Positions 46,382 through 54,603 of a DNA stretch of 64,000 nucleotides are shown in pieces. Below the pieces are notes generated by a model, which had not been told where the DNA came from, did no database searches, and saw only the letters and a program-made list of their open reading frames with translations. This stretch comes from Thermoplasmata archaeon. Its GTDB lineage: Archaea; Thermoplasmatota; Thermoplasmata; Lutacidiplasmatales; UBA184. The stretch is taken from positions 8,846-72,845 of the forward strand of contig JBGOSQ010000001.1 of the NCBI GenBank assembly GCA_041476045.1, read 5' to 3'. The position numbers were made by a program, and so were the translations under genes. Position 1 is the stretch's first letter; each line of letters starts with the position of its first letter.

Positions 46382-46768
46382 ATGGCGTGGACGCAGCAGG
46401 AGGTCCGCGAACTCAAGGAAGGCCGGTACATGCTCATCGAGGAGGAGCCGTGCCGGATCATCAGCATCCAGATGTCCAAACCGGGAAAGCACGGTGAGGC
46501 AAAGGCCCGGATCGATGCGGTGGGGCTGTTCGACGGCTCGAAGCGGAGCGTCGTCTTTCCGGTGAAGCACAAGGTCCAGGTACCGATGATCGGCAAGCGC
46601 ACCGCCCAGATCCTCTCCCTCACGGACGTCGAGGTCCAGCTGATGGACCTCGAAAACTACGAAACCTTCTCGCTCCCCATCGAGGCCGAACTGAAAGGCC
46701 AGCTCACGCCCGGCTCGGAGGTCCAGTACCTCGATGCGATGGGGAAGCGCCGCATCACGCGCGCCTGA
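46382..46768 (+). CDS. eif5a: Translation factor aIF-5A
   Basis: SKPGKHGEAKARI hypusination loop; VQLMDLENYETF. Confidence 0.97.
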   Translation: MAWTQQEVRELKEGRYMLIEEEPCRIISIQMSKPGKHGEAKARIDAVGLFDGSKRSVVFPVKHKVQVPMIGKRTAQILSLTDVEVQLMDLENYETFSLPIEAELKGQLTPGSEVQYLDAMGKRRITRA

Positions 46769-46897
46769 CGGCACCGGCTCCCCACGACCGCCGCCCGCGC
46801 TGGGCGACCCATCTATTATATCGTGGGCCCGGCATGAATTCCCGTACGGGCCTCGCCCCGGTGGGCGTCGGGCCTAGTACACGGGGAGGCGCAGGCC

Positions 46898-49800
46898 ACG
46901 ACGGGTTCCGGTGGGCTCGGGTCCCTCCCATCATCGCGCCTCACGAAGATCCTCCAGGAAAAGGCGGAGCTCCTCAAGCGGCAGCGCCAGACCGCCGAGC
47001 AATCGTTCCACGATGCCCAGCTGCGCGCCAAGCTGCTCGCGAAGCTGGGCATCGCGGTCCCGGAGGCCGGGGAACGCGAGTCCGCGATCCTCGCCCTCAT
47101 CAAGAGGACCGACTGGGAGGGCGTCGAGACCCAGGCCAGATCGTTCCTCGAATACCTCCTCAGCTCGACCCTGTCCGGATTCGCGGACCGCCGGAAGGAG
47201 CTCACCGAGCTCGGCAGCCGGCTCGTCCAGAACGGAATGCCGTTCCCCGAAACGTTCGTCGAGACCCTCTCCCTCGCGGTCGAGCCTCCCGGGGACGGGG
47301 ACTGGGGGCCCGCGCTTACCGCCCTCGCCCAGATCCTGGAGATGCTCCGGACCGCCGAGGACGCCTTCGGCGAATCGATCCGGACGCGGGCCCAGGCGCT
47401 CGCCGCCTGGTCGGGTGAATCGGAGGACCGACTCCCGGCCCTCGAGGGTCGACTGCGTACGGCCCTCGAACCGCTACGCGAGGGGGACATCCCGAAGGCG
47501 CTGGGACAGGTCAATGACGCGATCACCCACGAGCTACCGAAGGTGGGAGCGCGCCGCGAGGTCGCCCGGGCCGACGGCACGGCCCTCCTCGGTGCCGCGC
47601 GGGACCTTGGGCTTCCGAACGACGTTCTCGATCGCGCGCTGCGTCTCGACTCGCAGGCAACCCCCATCGACTGGAAGGCGACCGTCGAGGCGGTCGAGTC
47701 GGCGAACAACCAGGTCGGCGAGGCGCTTCGCTCGCGCGTCGCCGCCACGTTGGATTCGCTCCGCGCGACGTTGGAGTCGCTCCGAGAATACGGCGTCGAC
47801 CCCACGGAAGCGCTCGCCCAGATCGGGGAGCTGATGGGAGCCGTTCCCACCGCGCCGCCGAACCAGGTGCCGCGACTGCTCGAGCAGGCGCGCGGGATCA
47901 CCGAAGAGCCCGTGGTCGGGATCGTGGCGAGCCTCATCGACACCGTCCGCCCGCGCCTGGTCGAAGCCCGGCGCTTGGGGCGTGACCCGAGCGAGGTGTT
48001 CGCAACGATGAACCGAGCGCGCGAGGCGCTCCGGCTCAAGATCTACTCCGAGGCGCTCGCCGCGAGCCAGGAAGCGCTCGACCGCGTGAGCAACCTCACC
48101 GCCGACCTGGACTCGGCCCGCGAGGAGGCGGAATCGTTGGGGGAGCTCCTCCGCCGTCTCGAGGGGGCGCGATTCCCGACCGACCGGTTCGCCCAGGCGC
48201 TCCAGAAGATCCGCGACCGTCTCGCGGCCGTCGAGCTCGAGGCGGCCCAGACGCTGCTGCGCGAGACCCTCCGCACGATGGGCCAGGAAGCGGCCCAGTT
48301 CTTTTCCGCCCGGCTCGCGATCGTCGAGTCCGTCCTGCCGTTCGCGCGCGAGCGCGGGTTCCTCCCTCCCGACCTCGAGGACGATCTCGCGACCGTCCGA
48401 CGCCACCTGGACGACGGTCGTATCGCCGACGCGGGCGAACTCCTGAGCGCGCTCGAGGTCCGCCTACGGACCACGGCCCTCCCGTACGTCACGCGACGGA
48501 TCGAGGAGCTCGAGAAGGGGTTCACCGAGATCCCCGACGAGTCGCTCATCACTCCCGTCCGCCGCCTGCTCGCCGACGCCGACGTGAACCTCCACGTGAA
48601 GGAGGACCTCCCCGCATCGGCGGAGAGCCTTCGGCGCGCGGAACGCGAGTTCACCTCGGTCTTCGCCGCCCATGCTTCCGCCATGGTCGAGCTCCTCGAG
48701 GAGGAGCGCCGGACCTTGGAAGCGATGGGCGGGGCGGGCGACGAGATCCAGCGCCAGATCGACGAGGTCCAACAGATCTTCAACATGGGGGATTTCGTCA
48801 AGGCCTCGCGGGCGTCGCAGGAGATCCGGACCCGCGCCCACCAGCAGCAGCTCCTCCGCGGCGAGGATGCCATATCGCACGCCAAGCTCGCTCTCGTCGA
48901 GCTCGGCAAGATGGGCGTCGAGGCGGGGCCGCTCCGCACGACGCTCGAGCAGGCGCTAGAGGCCGCGAAGGGGCAGCGATATTCGGACGCGTACCGGATC
49001 GCTGCGGAAACCCAGGACGCCGCCTTGCGGCTCAAGGCGAAGGCCCAGTCGATCCTCGACGGTCTCGCGGCGGCGAACGAGCTGTTCCAGGAGCTCAAGT
49101 CGGGGGGCGTGACCATCGATGTCCACCGCGACAAGATCCGGCTCGCCCAGGTCGCCTACCAGGCGCTCGATTTCGACGGGGCGAAGGACACGCTCGATGT
49201 CCTGATGGCGCTGATGCGCTCCGAGCTCGCCAACGCGGAAACGCGTCGCCTCATCGCCGAGGCCCGGCTCCTCCGCGAGGACGGCCAGCGCCTCTCGATC
49301 CCGACCGACGCGCTGGCCGCCCGGATTACCGAGGCGCAGAGCGCGCTCGACGACGGCCGTTCGTCCGAGGCGCTCCAGAGCGCGCGCCGCGTCGGAACCG
49401 AGCTCGTCGAGACGCTGCGCCCCGTCCTTGCGGAGAACCTGCGGACCCTCGAGCAGGACCTCGAGGTGGCCCAGTCGGCCGGCCTCGACATCGCGCCGGT
49501 CGTCGAGGTCCTCGGGGAGGCGCGGCGCCGTCTCGGCCTTCCGGTTCCGGTGGGCGTCGCCGAGCTCGTCGAGCGCGCGAGCGCCCAGCTCGTGGAGACC
49601 CGCGGCTTCCTCGAGCACGCCGACCGCGCCCTCAAGCGCGCGGCGGAGGCGTTGAACCAGGGCGAGCTCGTGCGCGCCTCGGTCCCGAACGGACGCGATC
49701 GCCTCGCGGCGGTCGAGACGACCCTCAAGCGGCGCGACTACGCGCGCGCGATCGAGCTCGCCGGCACGCTCGAGCGCGAGATGCTCCAGGTGACCTACCA

Positions 49801-51373
49801 GCAGGTGTCGAAGAACCTCGCCGGATTCCAGGGCGTCCTCGTTCGGGCGCGCCAGGCCGGCGGGGACACCGCGATCGCGGAGAACCTTTTGATGCAGGCG
49901 CGCCAGGCGCTCGAGGAGGGTCGTCCCCTCGAGGCGCTCCAGCTCGCCTCCCGTAGCGAGGCCGAACTAGAGCGCGTCGAGCTCCAGCTACGGATCGCCG
50001 AAGGTTCCCTCCGCACGATGCAGGGCAAGCTCGAGTCGGCGGAGAAGGAGGGACTGCAGGCCCGCGTCGCGCGGGAGAAGCTCGCCGAGGCCGAGCAGTC
50101 GTTCCGCGATCACCTCTACCCGATCGTCCTCGAGCTCGCGATCGACGCCTCCGACTCGCTCGCGGTCTCGCGCGAGGGGTTCCGGCGGGCGCGCGAGGCG
50201 CTCGATTCCGCGGACCGGCAGGTCAAGTCGGCGATGGAGCTCGGCGCAGACGTCGCCGAGGCGATGCCGGTGCTCGAGGCGGCGCGCTCGGCTCAGCAGA
50301 CCGGCGACTATCCCGACGCGACGCGCAAGGGTCGGGAGGTCGCGGAGATGGCGCGGTGGGCGATCGAGCGGCTCTACTCCGGCGCCCTCAGCGATCTGCG
50401 TCACCTGACGGAAACGGCGCGCGCCGCCGGCCTTCCCGACGACGCGGCCGATCCGAGCCGCGGGGTCGAGGAGGTCGAGACCGCGCTCCAGACGCGCGAT
50501 TGGAAGCGCGCGAACGAGCTGCTCCAGTCGGCGCGCGAGTCCACGACGGCCGCGATGACCGCGCGCCTGGACGGTCGGATCGCCGAGATCGAGTCGCTCT
50601 ACGCCGCGATGGGAGCCCCGCCGGAGCCCGAGATCCCGCTGCGGGAGGCGGCGCGGGCCCGGATCGCCGAGGCGCGCACCCGGGGGGCGTTCGCGGAAGC
50701 CCTCGGGGTCCTTCGGGACGAGGAGGCGCGCATCGCCGAGCATCAGCGCACCGACCTGCAGGCGCGGGTCACCGCGCTTCGCGAGCGCCTCTGGATCGGC
50801 GAAAAGCTGGGCGTCGACACGACACCCGTCATGGAGATCTTCAGCGAAGGTCAGCTCGCGCTCCAGTCGGGGAAGCTGGTCGAGGTCCCGGCATTCGTCG
50901 ATCGGGGCGAGGAGCTCCTCCGCTCGCTCGTCGCGACCCGGGTCCCGGAGCGCCTCCGCGAGACCCAGACGGAGCTCGTCTTCGCCCAAGAGGGGCTTCA
51001 CGTCGCGCTCGACGACGTCGCCGACCGTCTCAAGGCCGTCGGCGCGCTCCTCTCGAGCGGCTCCCCTATCGAGGCCGCCCAGCTCGTCCTGACCTCGACC
51101 GAGGAGCTCAACCGACGCAAGGCGCTCCACCGCGAGCTGATGAACCTCCACTATCTCATCGACGCCGCGCTGGGACGCGCGGCGGAGCGCCACGTCGACA
51201 CCGCGGCCGCCCGCCGGCTCCTCGACGAGTCGATCCACGTGCGCGTGACCGACTACGCCCTTGCGCTCGAAAAGGCGCGCGAAGCGCTCCGGCTCCTGCA
51301 GGGACAGCTGCAGGGGACGGAGAGCGTGACGCCCGCGAACTTCTGGCCGTTCCGCAAGGCGCCCGGGGCCTGA
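46898..51373 (+). CDS. Very large all-helical repeat protein (~1491 aa); apparent ACG start
   Basis: Frame is open with coding-like sequence 113 codons upstream of the first ATG (47237); recurring G.D...A...L..A..A...G.Y..A units. Confidence 0.85.
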   Translation, partial: TTGSGGLGSLPSSRLTKILQEKAELLKRQRQTAEQSFHDAQLRAKLLAKLGIAVPEAGERESAILALIKRTDWEGVETQARSFLEYLLSSTLSGFADRRKELTELGSRLVQNGMPFPETFVETLSLAVEPPGDGDWGPALTALAQILEMLRTAEDAFGESIRTRAQALAAWSGESEDRLPALEGRLRTALEPLREGDIPKALGQVNDAITHELPKVGARREVARADGTALLGAARDLGLPNDVLDRALRLDSQATPIDWKATVEAVESANNQVGEALRSRVAATLDSLRATLESLREYGVDPTEALAQIGELMGAVPTAPPNQVPRLLEQARGITEEPVVGIVASLIDTVRPRLVEARRLGRDPSEVFATMNRAREALRLKIYSEALAASQEALDRVSNLTADLDSAREEAESLGELLRRLEGARFPTDRFAQALQKIRDRLAAVELEAAQTLLRETLRTMGQEAAQFFSARLAIVESVLPFARERGFLPPDLEDDLATVRRHLDDGRIADAGELLSALEVRLRTTALPYVTRRIEELEKGFTEIPDESLITPVRRLLADADVNLHVKEDLPASAESLRRAEREFTSVFAAHASAMVELLEEERRTLEAMGGAGDEIQRQIDEVQQIFNMGDFVKASRASQEIRTRAHQQQLLRGEDAISHAKLALVELGKMGVEAGPLRTTLEQALEAAKGQRYSDAYRIAAETQDAALRLKAKAQSILDGLAAANELFQELKSGGVTIDVHRDKIRLAQVAYQALDFDGAKDTLDVLMALMRSELANAETRRLIAEARLLREDGQRLSIPTDALAARITEAQSALDDGRSSEALQSARRVGTELVETLRPVLAENLRTLEQDLEVAQSAGLDIAPVVEVLGEARRRLGLPVPVGVAELVERASAQLVETRGFLEHADRALKRAAEALNQGELVRASVPNGRDRLAAVETTLKRRDYARAIELAGTLEREMLQVTYQQVSKNLAGFQGVLVRARQAGGDTAIAENLLMQARQALEEGRPLEALQLASRSEAELERVELQLRIAEGSLRTMQGKLESAEKEGLQARVAREKLAEAEQSFRDHLYPIVLELAIDASDSLAVSREGFRRAREALDSADRQVKSAMELGADVAEAMPVLEAARSAQQTGDYPDATRKGREVAEMARWAIERLYSGALSDLRHLTETARAAGLPDDAADPSRGVEEVETALQTRDWKRANELLQSARESTTAAMTARLDGRIAEIESLYAAMGAPPEPEIPLREAARARIAEARTRGAFAEALGVLRDEEARIAEHQRTDLQARVTALRERLWIGEKLGVDTTPVMEIFSEGQLALQSGKLVEVPAFVDRGEELLRSLVATRVPERLRETQTELVFAQEGLHVALDDVADRLKAVGALLSSGSPIEAAQLVLTSTEELNRRKALHRELMNLHYLIDAALGRAAERHVDTAAARRLLDESIHVRVTDYALALEKAREALRLLQGQLQGTESVTPANFWPFRKAPGA

Positions 51374-51377
51374 GCGC

Positions 51378-51833
51378 TCAGGCCGCGCTGGTACCGGTCC
51401 CGGAGCCCATCGGCGGCAGGCCCGGGACACCGCGCGGCGGACCGAGCTGGAGCCGGTCGTACTCTACGGAGTGCTTCAATCCGCGTCGCCGGAGCATCTG
51501 CGAGATCTGTTCCGTGATCTGGACGATCTCCTGGCAGCGGATCGGCTTCGAGAAGTAGAACTCGGGTCGCCGCGGATCGGTGAGGGGGAAGATGAGCCGC
51601 ATCCCGAACGGGTCGGGCCGGTTGTAGCCCGCGGGCTTCCGGTCGGCACGCAGGTCGCGCAGGTTCTCCTCGAGCAGCACGTCCGGCAGGATCGGCTCGG
51701 TCTCCTTCACGAACGGCCGGTTCGCCTCGAGCACCTTCCGATGGATCTCCGGGTAGACGCGCACGAGGTCCTTGAAGCTCCGACGCCCTTCGAGCAGGAT
51801 GTGGCCGCTGCGGGCCTTGACCGGTGGGGTCAC
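51378..51833 (-). CDS. Hypothetical protein
   Basis: 151-aa ORF with protein-like composition and genome-typical codon usage. Confidence 0.65.
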   Translation of the reverse strand: MTPPVKARSGHILLEGRRSFKDLVRVYPEIHRKVLEANRPFVKETEPILPDVLLEENLRDLRADRKPAGYNRPDPFGMRLIFPLTDPRRPEFYFSKPIRCQEIVQITEQISQMLRRRGLKHSVEYDRLQLGPPRGVPGLPPMGSGTGTSAA

Positions 51834-51970
51834 AACCGCGCGATATGGCGGACGTATATGGCCGTTGGCGGCGCCGACCGCCCGGGCCCGGGTCGCCCCA
51901 CCTCCCCCGCCTCAGGCCGGGGTCGCTCGCGGGCCATTTAGGTTATGTGAAGCGCCTCGGTGCTGGGTCT

Positions 51971-53263
51971 GTGACGGAAGGGGCGGAGCGCTCTTCGGAG
52001 GCTCGGACGGGCGGAATCCGCACCCGGATCGACGCGCTCGTCCGCCGGCTGCCGGCGGCGCGGTTGCTCTGGATCCTCCTCGCCGTCCTCGCGACGTACG
52101 GTGTCTGGTTCCTCGGGGCCGGGATTGGGATCGCCACCGCGATCGGTCTCCCCGCGCTCACCGTCGTCGTCGATCTTCTCTTCCAGCGCATCCGTTTCGA
52201 CCGGTTCCGGTTCCCGGACGCCGCGATCGCGACGGGGCTGTTCCTCGCGCTCCTGCTGCCGCCCGTGGTCCCGGCGATCGCCGCGGCGTCGGCCGGGATC
52301 GCGGCGATCACGCTCCGCCATGTTCTTCGACGGCGCGGGCGACCGCTGCTCAACCCGGCGGCCTCGGGCGTGTTCGTCGGCGCCGTTCTCTTCGGGCTCG
52401 CGCCGGCATGGTGGGGCGCGATCAACGAGACCCTCGTCATCGTCCTGGGCATCGTGCTGCTCCTTTGGCAGCGCCGGAGCTGGAGGCTCCCGGTGGTCTT
52501 CCTGGGCGCCTACGCTGGGCTCGCGGTGCTCCAGCGGGTCGTGTTCTCCCTGTCGACGGGGCTCGTGCTCGTCCCGCGGGTCCTCTTCCTTTCCGCCGTC
52601 GATCCCACGGTCCTCTTCTTCGGGTTCTTCATGGTCGCGGAGCCGAGGACGGCGCCCTCGGACCCCGGGACCCAGCCGATCTACGCGATCGTCGTCGCGG
52701 CGTGCGCGGCGATCCTTCCGCTCTTCCTCCCGACGATCTCCTCGCTGGTCGGACTTCTCCTCGGGAACCTGGTCACCCTCGGTCTCCGGTCCGCGACGCC
52801 GAGCGCGTCGGCATCGCGATGGGGGCGTCGGCGCGAGACCGCCTCCCGCCCGCCCGCGAAGTCCCGGCTCTCCGATGCCTCGGTCCGTTGGTCCGTCGCG
52901 CGCCGCGTGACGGCCGGCATCGCCGTCTTCCTCCTGGTGGGAAGCCTCGCCGCCGCGACGTCGAGCTCCTCCACGTCGGGGGGCAGCCTCCTGGGTTCGC
53001 ACCCGATCTCGCACGGCGGGTCCGCCGTCGACGCGGGGCAATGCCAGAACGACAACGGCACCGTCGCGGCGACGACGCTCCAGTCGCTGCACAAGACGCT
53101 CGGCCCGTCGGTCATCCTCTCGTACTCGCCCTCCACCAATCTCGTCGTCTTCTACGACCCCGTGAACGCCGTCACCGTGACCGAGACCGATCTCTACGAG
53201 GACTACGGGTTCGCCGAGTTCAACGGAGATGACTACACCTCGGCCGGCTGCGTTCCGCCGTGA
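51971..53263 (+). CDS. RnfD/NqrB-like membrane protein with extra C-terminal exported domain
   Basis: AAIATGLFLALLLP, LLNPAA, WWG, FFGFFMVAEPRTAP; start approximate. Confidence 0.72.
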   Translation: MTEGAERSSEARTGGIRTRIDALVRRLPAARLLWILLAVLATYGVWFLGAGIGIATAIGLPALTVVVDLLFQRIRFDRFRFPDAAIATGLFLALLLPPVVPAIAAASAGIAAITLRHVLRRRGRPLLNPAASGVFVGAVLFGLAPAWWGAINETLVIVLGIVLLLWQRRSWRLPVVFLGAYAGLAVLQRVVFSLSTGLVLVPRVLFLSAVDPTVLFFGFFMVAEPRTAPSDPGTQPIYAIVVAACAAILPLFLPTISSLVGLLLGNLVTLGLRSATPSASASRWGRRRETASRPPAKSRLSDASVRWSVARRVTAGIAVFLLVGSLAAATSSSSTSGGSLLGSHPISHGGSAVDAGQCQNDNGTVAATTLQSLHKTLGPSVILSYSPSTNLVVFYDPVNAVTVTETDLYEDYGFAEFNGDDYTSAGCVPP

Positions 53264-53320
53264 GAGCGTGGGCGTCGCGCACGAAAGGCTCAAAGAGGGG
53301 GTCGGCTAACCGCCCGTGGC

Positions 53321-53423
53321 GCTCCCGTAGTCTAGTGGTCAAGGATAGAGGCCTCTCGAGCCTCTGACGCGGGTTCAAATCAGCGTGGGAACCACCCCAC
53401 CTCTGAAACTCCCGCCGGGAGCA
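53321..53423 (+). tRNA. tRNA-Glu(CTC) with 30-nt non-canonical intron (53380-53409) at position 59/60
   Basis: Acceptor GCTCCCG/CGGGAGC, anticodon arm GAGGC-CTCTCGA-GCCTC, T-stem GCGGG/CCCGC with its loop interrupted by an insert forming a BHB motif. Confidence 0.92.
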
Positions 53424-53451
53424 CCTCCCCGGACCGGGGCCGGTTGCAGAG

Positions 53452-54279
53452 ATGCCCGCGTACAGGCTGTTGATCGTGTCGGAGCCCGACCCCGTGGCAC
53501 CGCGCGTCGCCGAGCGTTGGGGGACCCCGCCGTCCACCGGTCACTTCGTGGAGGGAACCCCGATCCGTGCCCTCGGGCCGCACGTCGGGATGCTCCGACG
53601 ACCCGGACTTCACATTCATGACGATCACGTTGACCGGCTCCTCCCGGAACCCGCGCGTCCCGGCGGCCTCACGGTCGTGTTCCCATCCGTGCACCGGAGC
53701 GAGAGCGGTCGTCCCTGCTTCACCGCCCATCCGCTCGGGAACCCCGGGGGGGCGGCCGAAGCAGGCGGGCGACCCCGCCACCTGGTCCCGACCGCGCCGC
53801 GGGAGATGACCGCGACGCTGCGCGCGCTGGCCGAGGCCGGCGCGTCGATCGGTCTCGACGCGACGTTCGAGGCCACGCACCACGGCCCGATCCTCGAGGT
53901 TCCGGCGTACTTCGCCGAGATCGGTTTTGGGGATGCCGCAGGTCCCTCCGACGCGGCCCTCGACGTCCTGGCCCGGGTGCTCCTCGAAGTCGAGGAGGAC
54001 CCGCGGGACCGCGTCGCGGTCGGTGCCGGCGGCGGGCACTATGTGCCGCACTTCACCGATCTCGCCCTACGCCGGCACTGGGCGTTCGGGCACCTTCTCT
54101 CGCGGCATGCCCTCGAGGAAGGCGCGGACGGCCTCGTGACCGAGGCCCAACAGAAAACGGCCGGATCGCAAGGGGTTCTCTTCGCGCGAGCCGCCGACGC
54201 CGCGGACCCACGCTGGGCCCGTCCGGGTCCGCGGCTCCGCGATTCCGACGCCCCGCGGCGCGGACCGACGGCGCCCTAG
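53452..54279 (+). CDS. dtdA: Archaeal D-aminoacyl-tRNA deacylase
   Basis: VFPSVHRS, TAHPLGN, EATHHGP, FAEIG, GGGHYVP, FGH. Confidence 0.9.
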   Translation: MPAYRLLIVSEPDPVAPRVAERWGTPPSTGHFVEGTPIRALGPHVGMLRRPGLHIHDDHVDRLLPEPARPGGLTVVFPSVHRSESGRPCFTAHPLGNPGGAAEAGGRPRHLVPTAPREMTATLRALAEAGASIGLDATFEATHHGPILEVPAYFAEIGFGDAAGPSDAALDVLARVLLEVEEDPRDRVAVGAGGGHYVPHFTDLALRRHWAFGHLLSRHALEEGADGLVTEAQQKTAGSQGVLFARAADAADPRWARPGPRLRDSDAPRRGPTAP

Positions 54280-54533
54280 GCGCTCCGGCGCTTCTCGTTC
54301 TTCTGGAACATGATGGCGCCCGATCGGTAGACCGCCTTTCCCAGCCGCAGGTTCTGGATCGATGCGACGTGCGGCGCCCTCTCGGCCATCATCATCGACT
54401 CGACGACCTGTCGGAAGAGGGCGCTCTGGTTGATCTCGGGGTGACGCGCGAGGAAGGCGTTCTCCTCGTGCGTGATGGTGATATTCTTTCGGAGCATTCC
54501 CTCGAGCGAGGTGTCGCGACGGTTGCCCGGCAT
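54276..54533 (-). CDS. Small RHH-like protein
   Basis: LRKNITIT.E...FL.....INQSALFRQVV; AT-rich palindrome CATATATATG upstream. Confidence 0.6.
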   Translation of the reverse strand: MPGNRRDTSLEGMLRKNITITHEENAFLARHPEINQSALFRQVVESMMMAERAPHVASIQNLRLGKAVYRSGAIMFQKNEKRRSA

Positions 54534-54603
54534 GGCGCGGGCTAATCTCTATGCCATATATATGCGTATCTGTGCGGGTCAGACAGACGGCAGACGCGGG
54601 CGA

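Noticed and set aside
46898..51373. SMC/Rad50 chromosome segregation ATPase
   Set aside because: No Walker A/B, signature motif or hinge; short helical repeats instead
53380..53423. Integration site (att) duplication at the tRNA 3' end
   Set aside because: The insert is internal, forms a BHB motif and restores a perfect tRNA when removed; no integrase or second tRNA fragment was seen
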